Shown: positions 9,419 to 15,857 of the stretch, piece by piece
Position numbering within the stretch: position 1 is the first letter of the stretch
Layout of the letters: the number at the start of each line of letters is the position of its first letter
Assembly: GCA_000008085.1 (NCBI GenBank)
Contig: AE017199.1
Coordinates: forward strand, 180,001 to 212,000
Reading direction: 5' to 3'
DNA length: 32,000 nucleotides
DNA from: Nanoarchaeum equitans Kin4-M
Lineage (GTDB): Archaea > Nanobdellota > Nanobdellia > Nanobdellales > Nanoarchaeaceae
Notes under the pieces: model-generated
What the model was told of the DNA's origin: nothing
Databases searched by the model: none
What the model saw: the letters and a program-made list of their open reading frames with translations, nothing else
Translations under genes and position numbers: made by a program

Positions 9419-9835
9419 ATGGTTTTAAAAGTAGTAGATAGCTCTTATGCTATTAGAGCAGATTTTATTCCAAAGGATTCGGTAACAGTTAAAGAAGCAA
9501 TAAAAGAGATACAAAAATTCGATAAAGAAAAAGCCTATAGCTTAATTGCTTTAGAACCTAAAAAAGAATATATAGATTTGGTAAAGCAAAATATAAAAGG
9601 GGAAAAATTATCGAAAACAGATATTAAATTATTGGCTTTGGCTAAACAATTAAATGCCATATTATTAACCGATGACACTGATATGCAAAGTGTGGCTTTA
9701 AGATTGGGAATAAAAGTTAAAGGCTATAGAATTACAATAGAAAAACCGAAGAAAAAAAGATATAGATGTCCCAATTGTGGAAGGTTTTATAACAAACCTT
9801 ATTGCCCTATTTGTGGTCTTCGATTAAACCAATAA
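9419..9835 (+). CDS. nob1: Nob1-like endonuclease (PIN domain + C-terminal zinc ribbon), 16S rRNA 3'-end maturation
   Basis: VVDSSYAI (PIN acidic 1), LSKTDIKLLALAKQLNAILLTDDTDMQSVALRLGIKV (PIN acidic 3/4), then CPNCGRFYNKPYCPICG. Confidence 0.7.
   Translation: MVLKVVDSSYAIRADFIPKDSVTVKEAIKEIQKFDKEKAYSLIALEPKKEYIDLVKQNIKGEKLSKTDIKLLALAKQLNAILLTDDTDMQSVALRLGIKVKGYRITIEKPKKKRYRCPNCGRFYNKPYCPICGLRLNQ
9423..9430 (-). promoter_or_regulatory. TATA-like box for proS, embedded in nob1 codons
   Basis: Palindromic TTTTAAAA, 19 nt upstream of the ATG at 9403. It lies inside nob1 codons 2-4. Confidence 0.4.
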
Positions 9836-11306
9836 AGAAGTTTTTACTCTCTCTAACTCTAAATCCTAATTTTTCTATTTGGTCTTTACATTTTACTCCT
9901 ACGGCATAGTTTTTATTGTATAAAACAACACAATCCAGATCTATTAATTTTTTTATTAGCTTTATTAGATCACTTAGTTCTAGGCTATCGCTCACTTTTA
10001 TTATGTATTCGCCATTATTTATTTTCTCTTGTATTAGCCTAAAGTAATCTTTTAATAGAGAATCATATTTCTTTTCCATTGCTTTCCAATTATCGAAAAA
10101 CTTCTTTACTGCTATGGGGGTATTATCGATATCGGTTTTAGTTATTTTGGATATTTCTTTTAATATTTTGTCCCTTTTAATGATTTCCTTTACCGCTTGG
10201 TTTCCAGTAGTTAAGTATATTCTTATAGTATTATCGCTAATCTTTTTTGATGCCAATATTTTTATATAGCCAACTTGTATTGTATTATCTAAATGGGTTC
10301 CAGAACATGCTTCAACATCTAAATCTTCTATCTCAACTATTCTTAATATTTTCTCTGGGACTACTCCTCCTTGGTATATTCTAAAACCAAACCTCTTCTC
10401 TGCTTCGTTTTTAGGTAAGAAATATTTTTTGATCGGTCTCATTTCCATTACTATTTTGTTTGCTTCCTTTTCTAATAGCTCTAACTCTTCGTCAGATAAA
10501 TTCTTATAATGGGTTAAATCTATTGTAGCATATTCGTATTTTTTCTCAGCCCCCGCTTGCCAAATGTGTTCGCCGAACAATTTTCTTGCTATCCCTGTAA
10601 TTATATGAACCGCAGTGTGGTTGCGAGATAGTTGTAACCTTCTATCAAAATCTATTAATAATACGGGGTTTTCTATTTTCTTTAGTTTCTCTATATCATC
10701 AACTTTATGTAAAATTACTTTGCCCTTCTTTATTACATCTATAACTCTAACAAAGACTATTTCTTCTTTTTTGTATTGGTAGTCTTTATAATATTCATAA
10801 ACATCCTTATAAAATGGTATATTATATTTAGAATATTGGCCCGTTTTGTACAAATATACTAAGGAATCTCTATCTATTATATAACCGGTATCGTGCTCTT
10901 GTCCCCCCATAGTTGGATAAAAAACGGTTTTATCGAATATCGCATAATCTTTCTCTATTCCCAATAGATTTGCTTCGCAAAATTTTAAGAAAGTATCTTT
11001 CCAAAATAGAAACTCTGTAGGTTTATATTTAGAAACATCGATGTCTATTTCTTTTTTATGCTTTTCCGCTTTAGATTTTTGTCTATGTTTTTCTAATAAT
11101 TCATAGAACTTTTCTGGAATATGATCAACAATTAGATCGGGAGTTATCCCTTTAGAGATATATAGTTCAAACAAAACCTTTGCTTTTTCTTCATCGCTTA
11201 AGTTTTTAATTTTTTCCCTTGTTTTTTCTATAAGGGGTTTAAATTGCTTTTCAGTTTGTTTATATTTCTTATATTCCTCTAATATTATTTCATTGATTGG
11301 TATCAT
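9807..11306 (-). CDS. alaS: Alanyl-tRNA synthetase, C-terminal half only (split gene: end of tRNA-recognition region + editing + C-terminal domain)
   Basis: LFELYISKGITPDLIVDHIPEKFYELLEKH; the editing-domain zinc motifs HTAVHIITGIARK and EACSGTHL. No class II catalytic motifs are anywhere in the ORF or upstream of it. Confidence 0.9.
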   Translation of the reverse strand: MIPINEIILEEYKKYKQTEKQFKPLIEKTREKIKNLSDEEKAKVLFELYISKGITPDLIVDHIPEKFYELLEKHRQKSKAEKHKKEIDIDVSKYKPTEFLFWKDTFLKFCEANLLGIEKDYAIFDKTVFYPTMGGQEHDTGYIIDRDSLVYLYKTGQYSKYNIPFYKDVYEYYKDYQYKKEEIVFVRVIDVIKKGKVILHKVDDIEKLKKIENPVLLIDFDRRLQLSRNHTAVHIITGIARKLFGEHIWQAGAEKKYEYATIDLTHYKNLSDEELELLEKEANKIVMEMRPIKKYFLPKNEAEKRFGFRIYQGGVVPEKILRIVEIEDLDVEACSGTHLDNTIQVGYIKILASKKISDNTIRIYLTTGNQAVKEIIKRDKILKEISKITKTDIDNTPIAVKKFFDNWKAMEKKYDSLLKDYFRLIQEKINNGEYIIKVSDSLELSDLIKLIKKLIDLDCVVLYNKNYAVGVKCKDQIEKLGFRVRESKNFFIGLIEDHK

Positions 11307-11856
11307 TTAAATCTAAAAACCATTTCTTTATAGCTTCTATTTTTTGTTTAATGTCTTTGACATCTTCTTTCGGTTTTTCTTCTTTTTCCTCTTTTACCTC
11401 GGGTTTTGCTTCTTTTTGTTTTGGGGCCAACCATTGGTCTAATATTGGATCTAAATAGTTTTTTATTTTTTCTACCCATTCTTTAGCAGTATTATCGTCT
11501 AATTTTTCTCTGGCCCATTCCATTACTATTTTGTTTTGGTCATTTTCTTGCCTAGGTATTATATATATCGCAACATGGGGAACTCTTTGCCCTGCGTAAG
11601 GGCCATTGGGAATATAAATTGTAACACTCGGATAAATAGAACCAATTACTTTGGCAAATATTACTGAAGCTTCTAAAATTTTATGTAAAATCTCTCTATC
11701 CAATTCCCAAATAAATGTTACATGTTGTTTGGGAATAATTAATAGTTGGCCCGGATGTGCTGGATAAATGTCTAAAACAACAACTAAATCGTTATCTTCA
11801 TATATTTTATATGAAGGGATTTGCCCAGATGCTATAGCACAAAATAAGCATTCCAT
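11290..11856 (-). CDS. HIT-family protein with degenerate histidine triad and Lys/Glu-rich C-terminal tail
   Basis: CLFCAIASGQIPSYKIYEDNDLVVVLDIYPAHPGQLLIIPKQH is the classic HIT N-terminus. The triad position reads QRVPHVAIYIIPR instead of HxHxHxx. There is a 17-nt overlap with the alaS-C start. Confidence 0.8.
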   Translation of the reverse strand: MECLFCAIASGQIPSYKIYEDNDLVVVLDIYPAHPGQLLIIPKQHVTFIWELDREILHKILEASVIFAKVIGSIYPSVTIYIPNGPYAGQRVPHVAIYIIPRQENDQNKIVMEWAREKLDDNTAKEWVEKIKNYLDPILDQWLAPKQKEAKPEVKEEKEEKPKEDVKDIKQKIEAIKKWFLDLNDTNQ

Positions 11857-11865
11857 TTTTAGTTT

Positions 11866-12147
11866 ATGGCTATCAAAATTTATATGTTAGAAATTGTGGT
11901 ATTGGGAGTAGGATTACTATTTTTAGTTTGGTATTTGGTTTGGATTTCTAATAAACAAGCCGAATGGTATATGCGTTATAATAAAATTTCGACTTTTTAC
12001 CAAGAGCTAACATTGTATGTTTTATTTATTACAATTAGTTATTTTATTTTTATACATATACCACATATACAAAAATTTGTTGTTGGAATGATTAGCCTAT
12101 TGGTATCTAGCTATATACTAAAAAAAGTTATCGAATCAATCGCTTAA
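11866..12147 (+). CDS. Small hypothetical membrane protein (about 3 TM)
   Basis: It has hydrophobic segments LEIVVLGVGLLFLVWYLVWI, LTLYVLFITISYFIFI and FVVGMISLLVSSYIL. It lies only 9 nt from the divergent HIT gene, and its own promoter is weak. The start may instead be the ATG at 11884. Confidence 0.35.
   Translation: MAIKIYMLEIVVLGVGLLFLVWYLVWISNKQAEWYMRYNKISTFYQELTLYVLFITISYFIFIHIPHIQKFVVGMISLLVSSYILKKVIESIA
11877..11884 (-). promoter_or_regulatory. TATA-like box for the HIT/alaS-C unit
   Basis: The minus strand reads TATAAATT, 20 nt upstream of the ATG at 11856. Confidence 0.4.
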
Positions 12148-13333
12148 TTAGATATAGTAAGGGCAATACCAATAACAAATAAATCCAATTGTTGTTTTTC
12201 TCTTTCTTTTCTTGTTTTGGAATTATTATTTGGCCCTCTTTTTTATATTGGTTTCCGAGCCAGTCTTGGTAATAGATTGTATAATTGTATTTACCCGGTT
12301 TTAGATTAAAATATGCTGTATCATAATCATTGGGATCAATTTCTCCAATAAAATAGGATTTATCTGCTATTGTAACATAAACACCCTTTAGTTTATATGG
12401 ATTAGGATTCCCAATGGTTATTTCTAAATTTTTATCTAAATTAGTGCTAACAACGATTTTAGGCTTTTCATTTATTATAACATAAGAGCTATACTCGGTT
12501 TTGTATTTTTTATTGTCTTTCTCATACTCTATAACAAATTTTATTGGATATTTGCCATAACTATTAGAGAATACATCAAAATCTATTATGGCACTACCAT
12601 CTAAAAAAGGCAAATAATATGGGTTAGGCGATACCGATATGTTAGATACAGCATAAATTTTTATGTTAGTTATTTTATTGTAAGAGAGCAATTTTAATGA
12701 AATTTTGCCTTTCTTATTAATGGTTTTTGGCTCGTAATAAACTAATAAATATGGCTTTTCCTCAGAAAGTTTTAGAATTTTATGAAACGTTTTGTTTATA
12801 TCTATTATTGATTTGGCTCTCAAAGTTATGTTTAAATAACAATCTTTGTCAGCATAGAGTTTAATGGTATATTCGTTTTTGTTTAAAACCAAAGGAGAGC
12901 TAACATTTAAGGGACATCCCTCTATATATAAATAACCATTCCTTAGATTTAGGTTAGAGTTAATTTTTATTTTTATGGTATTCCAGCCATATTTTATTAT
13001 ATTAGGGCTAACATCTATAGAAATTTTATCCAAGGGGAAAACAAAAATTGGTAAGTGCAATTCTTCATCGTTCAAATTTATTATAATTTCGTTATAACCC
13101 TCTTTTTTAGCTTTCCCTTTTAGATATAAAGTGAACTCTTCGCTAGGTTTTAATAGTTCTATTGTTTTAGAATAATTTATTTCTAATCCTTCGCTACGGG
13201 CTTTTACATCTAAATCTGTATAGGTTTTGTTTTTGTCATTCAATATAGTTATATAGAATAAAGGTTCGTCCCCAATAGTAATATTGGAAGGTATCGTTTT
13301 TATCGATTTAATTAAAAAGGCATAGGCGAGCAT
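12128..13333 (-). CDS. Membrane-anchored protein with repeated beta-sandwich (CARDB / COG1361 S-layer-domain-like) modules
   Basis: Repeated pattern of the type LEITIGNPNPYKLKGVYVTIADKSYFIGEIDPNDYDTAYFNLKPGKYNYTIYYQDWLGNQY. It has a C-terminal TM anchor WIYLLLVLPLLYLIKRLIR. It is the last gene of the S27e-atpK unit. Confidence 0.4.
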   Translation of the reverse strand: MLAYAFLIKSIKTIPSNITIGDEPLFYITILNDKNKTYTDLDVKARSEGLEINYSKTIELLKPSEEFTLYLKGKAKKEGYNEIIINLNDEELHLPIFVFPLDKISIDVSPNIIKYGWNTIKIKINSNLNLRNGYLYIEGCPLNVSSPLVLNKNEYTIKLYADKDCYLNITLRAKSIIDINKTFHKILKLSEEKPYLLVYYEPKTINKKGKISLKLLSYNKITNIKIYAVSNISVSPNPYYLPFLDGSAIIDFDVFSNSYGKYPIKFVIEYEKDNKKYKTEYSSYVIINEKPKIVVSTNLDKNLEITIGNPNPYKLKGVYVTIADKSYFIGEIDPNDYDTAYFNLKPGKYNYTIYYQDWLGNQYKKEGQIIIPKQEKKEKNNNWIYLLLVLPLLYLIKRLIR

Positions 13334-13334
13334 T

Positions 13335-14009
13335 TTATAATTGTTTAGTTTTCTTTAAATGCTCTATATATTTTTCATTAATCAAAGCGGAAAGTTTTGT
13401 TGTTTCTACTTCTAAAGCTAATGGGAATCCAATGAATGGCTTATCATTATAAAATGGGTAAGCCATAAATCTTTTAGCATCTTTTTCCATTTCATCAATA
13501 ATATTTGTTGGGTTACCTTGCTCTATTGATTCTACATATTTATATAATTCTTTATAATAGGGGTAAACCTTTTGAGCTATGCTTTTTAGTAAAGCTAATT
13601 CCATATCTTTTTTGTTTTCTCTATAAAAGGGTAGCCTTTTTATTATAGATGGGTCTTTTTTGTATTGTTCTATGAAATACCTATTAAAGTATTTGGTGGG
13701 TATTAAATAATTTGGATCTGCATTAATGTTATATAAATCCAAAAACATAAACATTCCTTCTAAAAAGGGAACAAGCTTTTTTGGATAAATTTTCATTAGC
13801 TCGAAAAATGTATTAGCTTCTCTTAACCTTAAAGAATACTCTATTTTTAGTATATTGTTAAAATCTGCTGGTTTTAGTATTGTTAAATAGCCGTATTTGT
13901 TTAACACTCTTAACAGCCCTATATAATCCAAATCTTTTAATTTATCCAAATTGTGTAATAATAGCGAACCGTATTTTGTTTTTATTTTTGTATAGCTATA
14001 GATTCGCAT
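13335..14009 (-). CDS. Candidate truncated A/V-type ATP synthase subunit C (d-like)
   Basis: Three collinear motifs recalled from subunit C/d: YSYTKIKTKYGSLLL (aa 4-18) versus (F/Y)AYxNARVRxxxGxLL; DLYNINA (aa 91-97) versus DLHNLQA; LALEVETTKL (aa 197-206) versus LALEVDAENL. It sits two genes downstream of atpK, where atpC lies in the canonical operon. At 224 aa it is only about two thirds of normal length. Confidence 0.5.
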   Translation of the reverse strand: MRIYSYTKIKTKYGSLLLHNLDKLKDLDYIGLLRVLNKYGYLTILKPADFNNILKIEYSLRLREANTFFELMKIYPKKLVPFLEGMFMFLDLYNINADPNYLIPTKYFNRYFIEQYKKDPSIIKRLPFYRENKKDMELALLKSIAQKVYPYYKELYKYVESIEQGNPTNIIDEMEKDAKRFMAYPFYNDKPFIGFPLALEVETTKLSALINEKYIEHLKKTKQL

Positions 14010-14268
14010 GTTTCCATTTTTCTAATATAAGCTTCTCCCTTCTCTTTAGAAATTCCAATGATTCCTTTCTATTTTTGACTATTTCTTTTTCTATTTGGGC
14101 TTTTTTTAGTATTCTTTCTCTTTCTTCTAAAGCTTTTTTCAAATATTCTTCTAAAATTTGTTCTTTTTTCTCTAATGCCTCTCTTATTTTTTTGAAATAT
14201 ATTTTTCTTGCCAAGCTAACTATTTCTTTTTCTATTAAATCACTATTATCTATAATAATTTTATACAA
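13996..14268 (-). CDS. Short coiled-coil protein, candidate peripheral-stalk (subunit E/H-like) remnant
   Basis: 90 aa, almost entirely K/E/L/I heptad-like sequence (EKKEQILEEYLKKALEERERILKKAQIEKEIVKNRKESLEFLKRREKLILE). It overlaps the atpK stop by 8 nt and the next ORF by 14 nt. Its position corresponds to atpE. Confidence 0.35.
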   Translation of the reverse strand: MYKIIIDNSDLIEKEIVSLARKIYFKKIREALEKKEQILEEYLKKALEERERILKKAQIEKEIVKNRKESLEFLKRREKLILEKWKHANL

Positions 14269-14470
14269 TTTTAGAAAGCAATAGGTAAGCTATCACTAAA
14301 CCATAAATAGCTTGTGTTTCAGGCAATGCTGCAAATATTAGCATTTTACCAAATAGATCAGGTTTCTCTGATGTGGCTGCCGCAGCAGCAGATGCGGCTA
14401 GGCCCTGGGCTATTGCAGAGCCAAAAGCAGCTAACCCTATAGCCAATGCAGAGGCTAACGCTAGATCCAT
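14261..14470 (-). CDS. atpK: A-type ATP synthase proteolipid subunit K (c)
   Basis: 69-aa two-helix hairpin: ALAIGLAAFGSAIAQGLAASAAAAA ... FAALPETQAIYGLVIAYLL, with the ion-binding Glu in helix 2. Confidence 0.9.
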   Translation of the reverse strand: MDLALASALAIGLAAFGSAIAQGLAASAAAAATSEKPDLFGKMLIFAALPETQAIYGLVIAYLLLSKIV

Positions 14471-14491
14471 TTAGTTAATATAAAAAATGTT

Positions 14492-14992
14492 TTAAGAACC
14501 TTTAGTTATAAAATAGGCTATTCCTACCATTATACCTAATGTGACTAAAACTGATATTATTTGAAATATTGGGGTTAGATCTATGCTAATCCCATTCGAT
14601 GGGGCTGGTAAAAAGTAAATTATTATTAACAATGCTGCTAATCCCAATAAAACATAACCGACTTTTTTGTCTAACCAAACTTCGTTCTCTTTAACGGTAT
14701 TAGATAAAATAACACCTACTGCTGCCATACCAAATAAAGCGAAAATGCTAACCAAAACGAAATCCGGTAAATATATTTTTAACATATGCACAGCGCTTTT
14801 AGCTGCAGCAAAAATAAAACCAACAGACAAACTAATCAAAGATATTCTCGCCCTAACATCGTCATTAGCAGGATCGCCTAATATTTTGGTTTTGGCTAAA
14901 ATCGAATACATAATAGCATAAACCAAAATAACTGGTATAACTACATCAACAAACCCTATATTTATTAGATAATCAAAAGCTTGTCTAAACAT
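14492..14992 (-). CDS. Hypothetical integral membrane protein (4-5 TM)
   Basis: Hydrophobic helices VDVVIPVILVYAIMYSIL, ISLISLSVGFIFAAA, FVLVSIFALFGMAAVGVIL, VGYVLLGLAALLIIIYFL and IISVLVTLGIMVGIAYFI. Its start overlaps the S27e stop. It lies directly upstream of atpK. Confidence 0.5.
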   Translation of the reverse strand: MFRQAFDYLINIGFVDVVIPVILVYAIMYSILAKTKILGDPANDDVRARISLISLSVGFIFAAAKSAVHMLKIYLPDFVLVSIFALFGMAAVGVILSNTVKENEVWLDKKVGYVLLGLAALLIIIYFLPAPSNGISIDLTPIFQIISVLVTLGIMVGIAYFITKGS

Positions 14993-15189
14993 TATTCATA
15001 TATTTCAACTATTTCTCCGAATATTTGGGCCTTTCCCCCTGTGGGTTTGGCCAATATATTACCACATTTGTGGCATTTTACAATTGTTGAAGCCCTATCA
15101 AATATTATTTGCTCGTTACCGCATTTACATCTTACTTTTATAAACCTAGATCTTGGTTTGACAATATAGTCATTCACTTGCTTTACCAT
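14992..15189 (-). CDS. rps27e: 30S ribosomal protein S27e (eS27)
   Basis: PRSRFIKVRCKCGNEQIIFDRASTIVKCHKCGNILAKPTGGKA is the C4 zinc ribbon of S27e. Confidence 0.9.
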   Translation of the reverse strand: MVKQVNDYIVKPRSRFIKVRCKCGNEQIIFDRASTIVKCHKCGNILAKPTGGKAQIFGEIVEIYE

Positions 15190-15204
15190 TTGTTATTATT
15201 GAGT

Positions 15205-15216
15205 AAAATTTTAAAG
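15205..15216. promoter_or_regulatory. Single shared, near-palindromic TATA element between rps27e and ef1b
   Basis: AAAATTTTAAAG. The TTTAAA core (15210-15215) is 20 nt from each of the two divergent ATGs (15189 and 15236). Confidence 0.5.
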
Positions 15217-15235
15217 GGTTAATTTTTTATCGGGG

Positions 15236-15502
15236 ATGGCCCAGGTTTTGATAAAAATGCAAATAATTCCAGAAAGTCCAGAAGTAGATTTAGACAAGTT
15301 ATTGGAAAAGGTAAAAGAGGTTATAAAAGATTATGGTGAATACTATAAACATGAAGTAGAGCCTTTAGCTTTTGGATTGAAAAGTTTAATAGTTTATTTC
15401 TTAATTCCAGAAACATCCTTTAATGAGGAGCAATTTTTAGATAATATTAAACAAATAGAAGAGGTAAGCGATGCAGAAATATTAATGGCTACGAGAGCAT
15501 AA
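15236..15502 (+). CDS. ef1b: Translation elongation factor aEF-1 beta
   Basis: IKMQIIPESPEVDLDKLLEKVKE....EPLAFGLKSLIVYF. Confidence 0.9.
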   Translation: MAQVLIKMQIIPESPEVDLDKLLEKVKEVIKDYGEYYKHEVEPLAFGLKSLIVYFLIPETSFNEEQFLDNIKQIEEVSDAEILMATRA

Positions 15503-15503
15503 A

Positions 15504-15511
15504 TTTTTAAT
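15504..15511 (+). promoter_or_regulatory. TATA-like box for the 98-aa repeat protein
   Basis: TTTTTAAT, 20 nt upstream of the ATG at 15532. Confidence 0.4.
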
Positions 15512-15531
15512 AGATCGTTTTTTATATAAAA

Positions 15532-15828
15532 ATGGTCGAAGTTGTATTCGAGGTTTCATGCGGTAAAACAGTTACAGACAAAATAGAATTGCCCGACAAC
15601 ATACAAGGGAGAGAAAAATTCAAATATGGGGGAAAAATGGTTAAAATGCTTTGGGATTTGTATAAAAAAGCCAATTGCAATGGAGCAAAAGTTAAAATAA
15701 TCGCTAAAGGCAAGAAAAAAGCTGAAAAAACTATAGAAATAGAAAGCGATTTAGACCATAGAAAAAGAATAGGCTATGGTGGTAAAGTTGTAAGAATTGT
15801 ATGGGAATTGTATGATTTAGTTAAATAG
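15532..15828 (+). CDS. Small hypothetical protein built from two tandem repeats of about 46 aa
   Basis: KTVTDKIELPDNIQGREKFKYGGKMVKMLWDLY aligns with KKAEKTIEIESDLDHRKRIGYGGKVVRIVWELY. It has its own TATA-like box 20 nt upstream. Confidence 0.5.
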   Translation: MVEVVFEVSCGKTVTDKIELPDNIQGREKFKYGGKMVKMLWDLYKKANCNGAKVKIIAKGKKKAEKTIEIESDLDHRKRIGYGGKVVRIVWELYDLVK

Positions 15829-15829
15829 C

Positions 15830-15836
15830 TTTAAAT
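15830..15836 (+). promoter_or_regulatory. TATA-like box for the 668-aa membrane protein
   Basis: TTTAAAT, 21 nt upstream of the ATG at 15858. Confidence 0.4.
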
Positions 15837-15857
15837 GATAGTGACAAATTCTTACTA

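Noticed and set aside
14492-14992. 166-aa membrane protein upstream of atpK as a remnant of ATP synthase subunit a (I)
   Set aside because: Only its position and a weak RISLISLS versus RLxALxLA resemblance support this. The Arg sits at the helix edge rather than mid-membrane, and the protein is a quarter of the normal size. I kept it as a hypothetical membrane protein.
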